DNA of 64,000 nucleotides from Chrysomallon squamiferum. Lineage: Eukaryota > Animalia > Mollusca. Below are positions 31,394 through 58,723 of this stretch, piece after piece. Where the stretch lies: NCBI GenBank assembly GCA_012295275.1, contig CM022674.1:14880001-14944000 (forward strand), written 5' to 3'. The notes under the pieces were generated by a model that was not told the DNA's origin, searched no databases, and saw only the letters and a program-made list of their open reading frames with translations. Both the position numbers and the translations under genes were made by a program. The stretch's first letter is position 1; the number at the start of each line of letters is the position of its first letter.

Positions 31394-33434
31394 TCAGTAT
31401 TAATCGAAAATAATTTGAAAGCTATTATTTTTGAGATTACTAACCTCATGACGAGGACGACGACCACAACTACGACAACAGCAATTAACACTATGCAACC
31501 GACCGCTCCTCCCACTGCTGCATCTACACAACAAGAGAAAATAAATAAATGAGTCGTCACAGTCAAAACGAAATATAGTCATTTAATAACAGAGTCAGCC
31601 ATCAGTCATATATCCTTCTCCTATCAAAATAAATTACAAATACATACACATACATACACACATACATACATCCATTTGTGCATATGTGTTCGGATTCATA
31701 CGTTTATTGAATTTGTCTTTAACATTATTTATTATAGGTTCATGTACAAAGATACAGACAGATTAACGTAATTAATATGAGTACAACAGTATGTTTGTTG
31801 GACATGAAAATTAAATAAAAAATAAAAATGGAACAGTGACTGGTTATAAAGGGATAGTGTATGTTCGTGAGAGCGCGTGTGTATGTGTATAGAACAAAAT
31901 GCTTAAGAACATGTCACTGTCATTGTCTGTGGCAGTCGTTTACAATAAGTCTATCAGAAAAGTCGTCAGTCATAAAAAAGTAAGTAATTAATTCAATCAG
32001 TCAAGAATACAGAACATCAGTCAGTAAGTTAATTCAGTGAGCTGATCCCTGAATCAATCGTTCAATCAGTCAATTGATCTATCGATTGTTTACCTTTGTT
32101 GTAAGTCAGTTAGTCTAGAATAAACAAAAAAAAAAAATAAAACGATATATATATAATATTAAAGAAAAAATAAAAAAAAGAGGGAAGAAAAGAAAGAAAA
32201 AAGGAAAATTACTTAAATTACCGACCTGTAAATAACAGTCTTCAAAGCTATATCAGAACTTAATAAATTTCGACGAAAAAGGAAGAAATAAAATAAAACG
32301 AATAAAATAGTTTAAATGAAAAAATTTAGTTAATAATAAATAAATAAAAAAAAAAAGAAAGAAATTTACATGGGAAAGAGTTTAACGTTGATCTTTCCGT
32401 TTCGCCTGTCTTTGTTCAACGTTAGACGTTGAATTGATATTTTCATCATTTTGTGTGACCTGGTTTCCAGATGTCATTGCTGATCTGTTATTAGAAGTCC
32501 GTTAAAAATAACGTCTGAGATCGTTGCTGAATGGGTTGATTTCGTGGAATTGTGGCTGTGGAATTTTCATCTGAATTCTGCTATTTGGCAAAACACTTGT
32601 TGAACTATCAGACTGAAGACTGGTATTTGTCGCAAAACACTGGATGCTTTTTTTTTTTTTTTTTCTTACAATGTCATTCAAAATAATGTTTCATTATTGA
32701 ACTTGACAGATGTTTTTAATTTTATGGATAGAAATAAATGAAAAAGTACAGTTCAATGAAATAAACAATATTTTACAAGAAAGAAATAAAGATATTTTGA
32801 TAGAGAGAGAGAAAAACTAATGAATATGATTAATTTACATTTTTTGTTCTTATTACTATTGTAACATCATTTTTTTAAAAATGTACCCCAAAATATTTTT
32901 TTTTTCAATTTATTTACCTGAATAGTGAATAATGTATTTTCAAGACAGTAGTTAACATCGCTTGATGGCGAAATTGTTTTTAAATTAATAAAGAAACCTG
33001 TATTATTAAGTTGTCGCGAATGTTTTGTTTCTTTTCCTTCTGTTTTCCTAAAAATTGATGTTATTATTTAACTGACTTGTGGATAAGACAGATTCTGAAA
33101 CTGATGCTGGAAAGTCTTTGTTACCCCGATAATAATGGAAGAGGCTGTCGTTTGCTGTTTCCTTTAACCTTTACAATTACAGAAAATATTTGTTTTGGCA
33201 TCTACAAAGGCAGCAATATATAATCCTTTATTCCCGATTTTAGTTTCATTTTTACACATATGTACAACTGAAATATAAAATAAAATAAATAAATATTTTT
33301 GTTTTGTGCCGGGACAAGTTTAAATTTAGATTTACAATCCAGTGTGGATGTTCTTCTATCTATAATCTATCTATCTATCTATATGTCTATCTATCTATCT
33401 ATCTATCTGGACACAGTATAAATATATATTTATT

Positions 33435-33526
<92 letters not shown>

Positions 33527-33680
33527 GACATCGATAAACACTGCGAGCTATAGATGGACATTCATATATATATATGCTTAACATATACCCAAGAAAGAGT
33601 TTAACACAGAACAATGAAAATAAATATTGTTTATTTTTACATACCTGAAATAGTTCCGTTGGTAGGACAAATATCATGAG
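30380..33680 (-). pseudogene. R5: probable pseudogene, gamma-type ectodomain (frameshifted) with intact TM and type B tail
   Basis: Micro-exon 33680-33645 (AHDICPTNGTIS) intact. Domain exon 33267-32918 reads VVHMCKNETKIGNKGLYIAAFVDAKTNIFCNCKG* (frameshift). Stalk ~32660-32370 has frameshifts and stops. TM 31523-31445 (DAAVGGAVGCIVLIAVVVVVVVVLVMR) and tail 31049-30380 (DYYNT, IENEIY, VENAIY, LYTVVDK, VYTLV) are open. Confidence 0.8.
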
Positions 33681-34452
33681 CTGAAATAGAAACAAGACAA
33701 CGGACAATTAAATTTAATTTATTTATAATTAATATTATTTTCTTCAATTTATTTAATTATGTGATTTAGGAAATTTGTTATTAAACACACAATATATTAA
33801 ATTGGTTTGAATTTAAATTTCATTGTAATTCTCCTATATTTACTAAATATAAACGTATTTGTGTCTATGAGCTCACATGTAGAATTATATATACTACATA
33901 TATGTGTGTAGATTTGTATGTTTGTATGTTTCTGTGTGTAAAAGTCTTTCTGTTTGCACTGAGATAAGGTACATGACTGTGTGTATAAGAAAACAGAACA
34001 ACACGAAATATAAAGTCATAGTCATTTTGGGCTTTGTAAAGTTCAGTATGTAAATGTCTCAAGCTTGTAACAAAGACAAAACGCCATTCGTTTGTTTGAG
34101 AACAAACAAAAAGAAATTTAGAATTCATCATTTAATTCTGTCATTTAAAACTTTGAATTCATCAACCCTTTAAATGGAACAAACCTTTAATCCTGTTATT
34201 TCATCCTTCGAATCACACAAGTGAATTTAATCTTCTGATTTAATCCTTTTAATTAAAATATATTTCGATTCTATTATTTATGCTTTAAACTACAAAAGAA
34301 ATGAATTGTTTTATTTTATAATTTGAATCACAACAAACAGATTAATCCTGCTCAGAACTAAAAAAGTTCTATACGAAAACCAAACAGAAAATATTTTATA
34401 AATACATATAAAATATTTGTAGACGCCATTAAGGCACGAAAAAAACTGAATT

Positions 34453-34497
34453 AGGAAGTTACCTGTTTCGTTTCTATCGAGTACACAAATCTGTGGT
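34453..34497. promoter_or_regulatory. ETS + ISRE-like + Runx motif cluster upstream of gamma-type loci (duplicated module)
   Basis: AGGAAGT (34453-34459), GTTTCGTTTC (34465-34474), TGTGGT (34492-34497). Repeated at ~38337-38381 and ~52290-52335, and degraded at ~41435-41480. Confidence 0.35.
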
Positions 34498-35480
34498 GTA
34501 TTAATAACAGTGGCTACAGATTTAAAATAGAAACTGGTTAGGCAAGTGTGTTTGTAAAGACTCATGTCGTATTGACACAGAAAACACTGTTAAACCTGAC
34601 TACCCACAACAGACAGTATGATATATTACATGAATACATAAGTGAGTGTACAAGTATCTCTTTACATGTAAATTATATAACACTTTAGTTACGGATAAAA
34701 CAATTTAATGCAGTTAATCTGTGAAAACACGTTCTTTTCTATTTTGCTCATCCAAATGTCAAATGTCGCTGAAAAGACTCAACTGAGTGACTTAAACGAA
34801 GCTATATCTTGTGTTCATGTACTACAGGTACTCTAATATTTGTTTAGAACTTAATAGTTCGTATTGTGTGTGTATGTCTGATTTAAGTACTTAATAAGTA
34901 AATAGTTGTGCATTTATGCATGTGTACATGTATGTATATATGTTTGTATGTATGTTCGTTTGTATGTATGTATATATGTTTGTATGCATGTTGGTATGTA
35001 TGTTTGTTTGTATGTATGGATATATGTATGTATATACGTCTGCATTTATATTTGTATGCACAGACACACAAGCACACACTTAGATATACATACACACATA
35101 TCCATGCCTGCATTTGTTTATATGTGTACGGTTTCATTTTTTAATGGTATTTTTCTTTAAAATTATTTATCACAATTTCATGTACAAAGATACAGATAGA
35201 CGAACGTAATGCATATGAATACAACAGTTTGTCTGTTGAACATGAAAATTAAATAAAAAATAAGTGACTGGTTAGAAATGGATTGTTTATGCTCGTGCGT
35301 GCATGTGTGTGTGCGTAAAAAACAAAATACTTTAGAACATGTAACTTTACTACAATTTTATTTTATTTATTACAAATAAAGAAACACCAGATACCATAAT
35401 AAATATTAAAATCATCTTATCAAACTGCGTTGTTTGATTTAAAATAGTGCACATAATGTCAAACTTTTGTTTGCAAACAG

Positions 35481-41080
<5,600 letters not shown>

Positions 41081-42158
41081 GTAGTAGTAGTAGTAGTAAT
41101 CACCCTTGGTTTAGTTAGCTGACCAAGAAATGTTCACTGATACGTGATTCAACTAATCTCTGTTCACAGTATCTATTTTAAAAAGTAAAACATAGTTGAC
41201 ACATTTGTATTAGATAACTAAGCTGGCTTATTACTAACAACATGTAAGTCTTTAAATAGGTAATATAATATCCGAGTAACCTAAAAACTTATCTTGTGAT
41301 TACTACGGCATCATTATATTAACTTTATTTTCTCAACAAAAACGATTAAGCTTGGACTTATCAATTAGGATATCAATATATATATACTCATAAAATATTT
41401 GTAAACGCTATTAATGCTCGAAAAACACTGAACGAGGCAGTTAACTGTTTCGTTTCTATCGAGTACACAAATCTGTGATGTATTAATAACAGTGGGTATA
41501 GATTTAAAATAGAAACTGGTTAGGCAAGTGTGTTTGTAAAGACTCATGTCGTATTGACACAGAAAACACTGTTAAACCTGACTACCCACAACAGACGGTG
41601 TGATATATTACATGAGTACATGACTGAGTGTACAAGTATCTGTACACATGTACATTTTATATCACTTTAGTACTGATAAAACAATTTAATGCGGTTAATC
41701 GGTGTACAGATGTTCTTTTGATGTGCATGAATTTGTGCATGCGTACGGAATCATTTGTTTATGCATCTATGTAAACTGTTTAGTCATTTTTTGAAACTTG
41801 TAGAAAAAATAGCATTCAAAATGTTTGAGAGAAAGCAGGAGAAATCTTGCATTTCATTGTTTAATGCTGTAATGTAGTCCTTTCAATTTCCTTGTTATTC
41901 AGTTCTAAAATGTAATCCTTTAAAGTGGAACAAAGTTTAATGCTAAACTAATCCTGTATTAAATAAATATATGAGTTGTTGTGTATGTTTCATTACACAC
42001 TGGTCAGAGATAAAATTTGTTATGTAGTAAATCTGTGTATTGCTGTCTATTTCTGTTTGATCATACAAATCTCAAACGCCGCTGACAAGACTCGAACACG
42101 TGACATCTGATCTCACACACCCGTATGATTAATCTGGGTGTCAAATATTCATTTAAGA

Positions 42159-42212
<54 letters not shown>

Positions 42213-42338
42213 TGTACAGTATGTGTATGTCTGATTGAAGACTTATAAAAAGTAAGTAAATAAGTAGATAATTAATGCACATATATATATATAAATATGT
42301 ATGTATGTATGTATAGAAATATTCACTGAACAATAAAT

Positions 42339-42376
<38 letters not shown>

Positions 42377-43106
42377 GAACACACGTACATACATGCAAGT
42401 GTATACAGATGTACATACATCCATCCATACATACATACATACATACGTTCGAGTCTTTTCAGCGACATTTAACATTTGTATGATCACAACAGAAACAAAC
42501 CTGAATAAAAAGAACAAAAGAGGGTTGCTGCATTCAGAATTTTATTTCTAAAAGAGGCATAATACAATGTAGAATTTTAAACATATCTGTACATACTGAC
42601 TGAACACATATATTCTTTGGACAGTATAATGCACAAAGATTCGATGCCAATTTCTACAATATCCAATGTGCATAAGTGAAAGGCAGAATTTTCTAAAGAA
42701 TAATGAGTTTGCAAAAGTGGGGTGTTCGATTTTTATTATTATTATTAATATTATTAGTAATAGTAATAGTAGTAATAGTAGTAATAGTAGTAGTATTTTA
42801 AGCGAAAGATTATTTCTCTATTTCCAGTACACGCAAAAGCACTTTATATTTATACTTGTCTTAAAGCATGACAGCAATTATTTTTTTTTTATTGTTGTTG
42901 TTGCTGTTGTTGCTGTTGTTGTTGTTGTTGTTTTTCTTGTTTTATAAACTTCAGTTTAAAGATGTCCCAGAACATCAACTTCAGGAATCTATTTTTTTTT
43001 CCGGTTTCTTTGTGATATTTTGTTAATTGTAAATATTCTCCAGAACGTTCCTTTTTATTTTATTTTTAATTTAGTTCTTCATTCAGTGAACAAATCTTCA
43101 AAAACT

Positions 43107-47120
<4,014 letters not shown>

Positions 47121-47443
47121 TTTAATTCCGCCGTCTTTCTGTTTAAAATAACAAAAAGATATCCTTACACATTTCCAACAGCAACCGCAACGTCAGTGAT
47201 GTCGTACACTAAACAGCACCGTAGTTTTCCTTATTAGACTAAGTAATGAAACTAACTAAGACATTATCACAAATTCAAAATAAAACAAAGTTCGCTTCTT
47301 TTTTGTGAAGTCGGATTTAAGCTACCGGGTTACGGATGAATACAGGTAAATAGTAAAAGAGCAAAGTGTCTCGGGTAGAATAACCCGGGTATTCACAATG
47401 TAAAAATAGAAACAGTGTAGACAGGTTCTTTATTACTTTTCTT

Positions 47444-47474
<31 letters not shown>

Positions 47475-49948
47475 TTATTATTATTATTATTATTATTGTT
47501 ATTTTTATTATTGTTATTATTTAATTTTTTATTTTATTTTATTTTATTTTATTTTTGTAATGCTATATCATATTTCACACACTGTAAAAACTACTTTCAT
47601 TTCTGCAGTTGTTGTTCTCGTAAGTTTAACAAGAAAGACTTCCTGTCCTCGGTTTAATAGAACGTAAACAATAATTATAATAATAACAATAATAATAATA
47701 ACAGTAATAGTAATAACAACAGTAGTAGTAGTAGTAGTAGTAGTAATAATAGTAGTAGTAGTAGTACTACTAGTAGTAACAGTAGTAGTAGTAGTAGTAG
47801 TCGTCGTCGTCGTAATGACCCTTGGTTGGTTAGCTGACCAAGAAATACTCATTGATACGTGTTTCAACTAATCATTCTTCACAGAGTCTATTTTAAAAAC
47901 ATAGCTGACACTTTGATATTAGATAATTAAGCTGGCATATTAATAACAGCATGCAAGTCTTTAGATAGGTAATATAATATCCGAATAACCAAATAGTTAT
48001 CTTGTGATTATTACTCCTCTCTGATAGCCGATCATCATTATATTTACTCTTTTATTTCTCAACAAAAACGATTAAGCAGGGACTTAGTCTGACACATGTG
48101 ACTCTTTTGCAAATGGTTGGCTGATGATGATAATATAGACGTTGAGCACGCTGCCGTCAAGATTTCTGGGAAATGACGGTTTGTGCATCATACTGATCGG
48201 GTTGATGCGATGTTTGATGATGAATAAGTGGGTATTTTCTTTGAGAAATGTTTGAGGCTGTGTGATGAAAGGACTGTTTTTGTTCAAAATGAGGATCATA
48301 CTGTTTTATTTATTCTGGAGGACATTTTTACAGAAGCTGCAGAAGTCGATGCCAGTTGTTATTTCGGCACGACTCTTAAATCAACTAAACTTCAAATATA
48401 AATTTGCTAAATGGAATTCGAAGCAAAGTGAACATCCATTAACTCAAAAAAACAGAATTAAATGGTGCAAGCTTTCCATACTTTCCTTAAAACCATACAA
48501 ATAAGAGCTCGCCAGTTTTGGATCTGTTTCTCAAGTTTTGCTCCATTTTATCATGCACAACAGCGTTGTGCTGAATTTCTGTCATGTATTGTCATTGATA
48601 CAATTAGCTCTAATAGATAAATGACAGTTGACAGCAGATTATTGTTTTATATGTATCTTTAAAAGCAGCATGTTTCTGCTTAAGCAGGCAACAGAAACAG
48701 GAATTAGAACTGGTTTATCAACTAACTCATCACGTGGTATCAACTAAGGCTCCTAATGAAGTTTGTTGATACACCTGACCAACTTCTGTTTCTAGTGCAC
48801 AGTGCCTACAAGTGCCACTGCACCAAATCTGCCAACCTTATTGAATATGCCTAAATCCCTTAGCCTCCATTTACACTGTTCGTGACCAGCTATTCGTCCT
48901 GGATTGTGATCAACACCGAATCAACTAACCTGCATCTACTCGACTCCTAAACGAGGTTGCTTTTTAGGCAGTTTGTCAGCAACTTATTGTTATCAGTAGA
49001 GTGTAGGTGTCTATACGTTTATATTTTAACCCTGGGATGTTCCAGACCGAATGGAAATTGCTGCTGCTTGCTTCAGAATTCCGCTAGTTCAAAGATAAAG
49101 TTCGACTGCAGTGAAAAATGGTTTGTTGAGGTTTACCAAATTTTAATTTCTACCATCAATTACAGAGCATCGCAGCGCGTCTGGGCGTGACATGTGACAG
49201 AGAGTAATTTCTCAGTCTCTCGATGGGAAGTGTGACAGATGCCATCAATACCGATGCCAATTTCCTCAAGTTGGGATCAATTGCTCTCCACTGGAACAAG
49301 ATGTCTCTTGTTTTTATCAATGTGGAGAGTGACTTTTAGAAATGTCTTAGTCTAACACTCTTAAATGTGACATTTTGTTGTTCACTGGTCAAAAATTAGG
49401 ATATCAACATATTTGTTTGTCTGTTTGTATGTGTGGGTGTATGTGTGTATATGTGCATATATGTATATGTATGTATGCAGAAACAGATAAAGAATGATTA
49501 CTTTCAAAGTAACAAAAAAATTAAAAATTAATAATTAAACACATCTTTCATTTTCAATATTTATTTTAACTGTGACGTCAGAGAAATATTTTGTGTTATA
49601 CGATAATATTGACATTAGCGTACAGGAATTACGTTCACCTCAGTAATAATCACAATTAAATCACAATCACTGGACATTACTTATTGGTTTCCCTGTCATA
49701 AAATGACAAAGATATTATTCATGGTCAAACGAAACATAAAACGGCGTTTGTTTCAGAGATATAATCATAAACTAAAACAGAACCTGTATTTCTCAACAGC
49801 ATAATCACTGTTTACACCAGAAACTGCAGGAAAATCTTCGTATGAAATGTACAATTTAAATAAAGTAGAGGAAATAGCATTAACATGTGAAAACACCTTT
49901 ACTAGATTTTTAATTTTAATGTGTGTTTCTGACTGGCGTCAAAGACAT

Positions 49949-51055
49949 CTACGTAGTTCCACTGATTTGTAAGTTAACGTGGCTATCGTCGAAACTTGAA
50001 GAAGAATTGTAACGTGAAGTATCTTTATGTTGCAAATGTTCGCTGTCTCGATTGTCGTGAGCCTGGTGTATGTGTAGATAGACGTTACCCTCACTGTCGC
50101 TGTGGAGTGTGTTCACATAGTGCACAGCGTCATGTTGTAGGTGTTCATAGTTGTCGTAGCTTTCAGTGCCTTGTTGATGTTGGTCGTTGTTTACTTCACT
50201 TGTTGCATTGTGTTGTCTCTCCCTGCTGTTTTTTCTTCTCATTCTGCAATAACATAAAAGAAAACAAATCAAGAAAATTAGCAATTACAATGACAACAAC
50301 AGAGTATAATAACAATAATTACTATTACTACTACTGAATTTTTATAAATAAATAAAAAAATAAAAAATAAAAAATTCAGCGAATTTGTATAATTAGCAAA
50401 TGAAATATAAATGGAACATGTATTTTGTTTTAAATCTAATTTTCATATTCTGTTCTTTATATTCGAAAATCCGAAACACTTTCAGACCCAAGCATTTCGG
50501 ATAAGGGCTTCTCAACCTGTAATATTGTCACGATGTTAACTATCTCTACAACTACTTCTACTCAAAATTTCTGAAAAAATTTGTTACGTCTTGTATTTGA
50601 GAATAAGAACAACAACGCCGACGAACACTACTGCGATTAGGACGCTAACAACGATGACAACTGTAAAAATAAACCTATACGTAATTTTATTTAGTTAACA
50701 TTTAATAATATTTGACGATATCTCAGCATATGAGTTATTGTACACAACTTTCATATAAAATAATCTTAAGTATGAGCTACACCTTCCTGTAAACACCTGA
50801 ATTATCAAGAGTAGTCCACGACGCTTAAATAATAAACAATAGTAAAATTTATGTTATTATTTAACTGACTTGTATACAACTTTGATCCAGAAATTGTTGC
50901 TGGAACCTTTGTTACGTTGATGTTAACTGGAAGAGGTTGATCCTTTACTTCTTTAACCTTACAACGGCGGGAAATGTTTGTTTTGGCAGGTACAAAGGCT
51001 TCAAGATACAATCCTTTATTCCCGATTTCAACTTCATTTTTACACATCTGTACAA
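49949..51055 (-). pseudogene. R9: chimeric pseudogene; half of a gamma ectodomain fused to an R2/R11-like TM and type A tail
   Basis: Domain exon from 51055 (VVQMCKNEVEIGNKGLYLEAFVPAKTNISRRCKV..., CxC changed to RRC) breaks at ~50846 and joins R2/R11-type pre-TM intron sequence; there is no stalk. TM 50660-50588 (VVIVVSVLIAVVFVGVVVLILKYK). Tail 50243-49949 is open but lacks two tyrosines. Only a remnant of the micro-exon remains (~51505-51525). Confidence 0.8.
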
Positions 51056-51397
51056 CTGAAATATAAAAGTAAATTCAAATAGATCAGTTTTGTTTTCCTT
51101 GGGCAAAAGGAAAAGCACCATTCGTGTCGTTTGAAACAAAGCATAAGAAATTTGGCATTTCATTATTTAATGCTGTCATTTAATACTTTGAATTTCAATC
51201 CTAAGATCCAATCCTTTAATCTTATATTACGTCCATCCAATCACACCATTTAATTTATACTTTCTTATTTAATTCTTTTAATTAAAATAGTTTTCACCGT
51301 TATTCATCCTTCAAACTACAAAACAAATTTAATCCTGTTGCTTTATATTTTGTATCACAAGAAACAGTTTAATCCTGCACAGACGTAAAACAGTTCT

Positions 51398-51502
<105 letters not shown>

Positions 51503-51564
51503 CATTATTTTGGAAGGGCACACATTAATTATATACGTTCTATAGCAAATTTACTATTAAATAT

Positions 51565-51600
<36 letters not shown>

Positions 51601-51615
51601 TGTATGTATATCTAT

Positions 51616-51648
<33 letters not shown>

Positions 51649-51660
51649 GAGATGTGTATG

Positions 51661-51700
<40 letters not shown>

Positions 51701-53015
51701 GCGTTTTTATGAGTATATATATGTGTATATCTTTGTGTGTGTTTGTGTGAGTGAGTAGACATATATATTTGTGAGAGTGTTTATAAGTAAGTGTAAATGT
51801 CTTATTACTAACACTGAGATAAGCACGTAGTTGTAAGAAAACAGAACAAAACGAAATATAAAATCATCATTATCTTGGTCTAAAGTGTTCAGTACTCTCT
51901 TGAAACTGGTTGAAAAAGTATCATCTGAGACAAAGCATAAAAAGTATTGCGATTCATTCTTATATACACATTTGAATTCTCACTTATTCAGTCCTAAAAT
52001 GTAGTCCTTTAAACAGGAGCAAACTATAATCCTGTTATGTCATCCTCCGTATTATACGATTTAATTTAATCCTCTGACTTAATCGTTTCAATTACAATAT
52101 TAGTCATACTTTAAATTTTCCCTTTAAACCAAGGCACATTTTAATTATTTTATTTTATTATTTGAATAATGACCAACAGTTTAATCCTGTAACACAATTC
52201 TATCATTATTCGGAAACCAAACAGAACATATTTTATATATACTCATAAGGTATTTGTAGACGCCATTAAGGCACGAAACACACTGAATTAGGAAGTTAAC
52301 TGTTTCGTTTCTATCGAGTACACAAACCTGTGGTGTATTAATAACAGTGGGTATAGATTTAAAATAGAAACTGGTTAGGCAAGTGTGTTTGTAAAGACTC
52401 ATGTCGTATTGACACAGAAAACACTGTTAAACCTGACTACACACAACAGATGGTATGATATATTACATGGGTACATGACTGAGTGCACAAGTATCTGTAC
52501 ACATTTACATTTTATATCACTTTAGTTACGGATAAAACAATTTAATGCAGTTAATCGGTGCACAAATGTTCTTTTGATGTGCATGCATTTCTGCATGCGC
52601 ACGGAATCATATTTTGTATGCATCTATGTAAACTGTTCAGTCATCTTTTGAAACTTGTAGAAAAAATATCATTCATATCGTTTGAGACAAAGTAGGAGAA
52701 ATCCTGCATTTCATTGTTTAATGCTGCAGTGTAGTCCTTTGAATTTCCTTGTTATTCAGTTCTAAAATGTAATCCTTTAAACTGGAACCAAGTTTAATCC
52801 TAAATTAATCCTGTATTAAATAAATATATGAGTTACTGTGTATATTTCATTACACATTGGTCAGAGATAAAATTTATAACGTAGTAAATCTGTGTATTGC
52901 TCTTTATTTCTGTTTGATCGTTCAAATCTCAAACGCCGCTGACAAGACTCGAACACGTGAATCTGATCTCACACACCCGCATGATTAATCTGGGTGGTCA
53001 AATATTTATTTGAGA

Positions 53016-53054
<39 letters not shown>

Positions 53055-54304
53055 TGTACAGTATGTGTATATCTGATTGAAGACTTATAAAAAGTAAGTA
53101 AATAAGTAGATAATTAATGCATATACATATATAAATATGTATGTATGTATGTATAGAAATATACACTGAACAATAAATACATATATATATATATATATAT
53201 ATATATCTACACATACATACATACATGCATGTGTGTACGCACATACACGTATATATGTAAATACATAACCATACGCACACAGAGGTACCGACACGCACAC
53301 AAAGGCACACACCCATATTTACTTAGTTACTTGCCTTCGTGAATCAGACATACAGCTACTTTAAAGATTGTTAAACAAACATTATCAAAACACGCAAGAT
53401 ATGTCTCCCTTTAGTCATCCACATTATGTGGGAGATAGGGTCACGCGTTCGAGTCTTTTCAGCGACATTTAACATTTGTATGATCACAACAGAAACAAAC
53501 TTGAATAAACAGCTAATAAGAAGTAAAAAAGAACAAAAGAGGGTTTCTGCATTCAAAATTTTATTTCTGAAAGAGGCATAATACAATGTAGAAGCATAAA
53601 CAAATCTGTACGTACTGCCTTATATATACACACACACATACATAGACACAGATACATATATACATATATGTTTTGTGTGTGTGTGTGTGTGTGTGTATTT
53701 TTGGTAAATTATGTTTAAAACACATATGTTAGTTGGATAGTATCCAATTTCTACAATATCCTAGGTGCATAATTGAAAGGCAGAATTAAAGAGTTTGCAA
53801 AAGTGGTGTGATCGATTTTTATTATTATTAATAATATTATTATTAGTAGTAACAGTAGTAGTAGTGGTAGTATTTTAAGCGAATGATTATTTCTCTATTC
53901 TCAAAAGCACTTTATATTTATAGTGGTCTTAAAGCATAACAGCACTTCTTTTGTTGTTGTTGTTGTTGTTTTATAAACTTCAGTTTAAAGATATCACAGA
54001 ACATCAACTTCAGAATTTTTTTTTTTTTTTTTCCGGTTTCTTTGGGATTTTTTGTTCATTATAAATCTCCAGAACATTCCTTTTTATTTTTATTTAGTTC
54101 TTTATTCAGTGGAAACATCTCCAAAAATTTCTTTTTTTTGTTGGGGGGGTTACTTCATTGTACATATTTCCAGTCATTTCTTCTGTGGCTTTCTTCTGAC
54201 AGTTCTCTGGGTTCAGTTTTTCCTTATATAGGTATTCATTTAATCTTTGTTCTGTTTCTTTTCTTTTCTTTTGTTTTATTATTATTATTATTATTTTTAT
54301 TTTT

Positions 54305-58140
<3,836 letters not shown>

Positions 58141-58681
58141 TTTAACTCCGCCGTCTTTCTGCTTAAAATAACAAAAATATATCCTTACACATTTCCACCA
58201 GCAACCACAACGTCAGTGATGTCGTACACTAAACAACATCGTGTTTTTCCTTATTAGACTAACAGGAAAATAACTAACAAATATCACAATAGAAAATAAA
58301 CTAAATTACGCTTCATTTTTGTTAAGTCGGTTTTAAATACCGGGTTACGCATGAATACACGTAAATAGTAAAAGAGCAACATGTCTCGGGTAGAATAACC
58401 CGGGTATTCACAATGTAAAAATAGAACCAGTGTAGACAGGTTCTTTATTACTTTTATTATTATTATTATTATTATTATTTTATTTATTTATTTTATTTTA
58501 TTTAATTTTATTTTTGTATTGCTATATCAGATTTCACACACTGTAAAAAATACTTTCATTTTTGTAGTTGTTTCTGTGGTAAGTTTAACAAAGAAGACTT
58601 CCTGTCCTTGGTTTAATAGATCGTAAATAATAATAATAATACTACTACTACTAATAATAATAATAGTTGTAGTAGTTATAA

Positions 58682-58723
<42 letters not shown>

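Noticed and set aside
34311-34565. Four-copy MSLYKHTCLTSFYFKS ORF as a small protein family
   Set aside because: Similarity is explained by recent segmental duplication. Ends differ between copies, and the phase-1 donor seen in one copy is absent in the other three. It is better read as a promoter or decayed-leader region.
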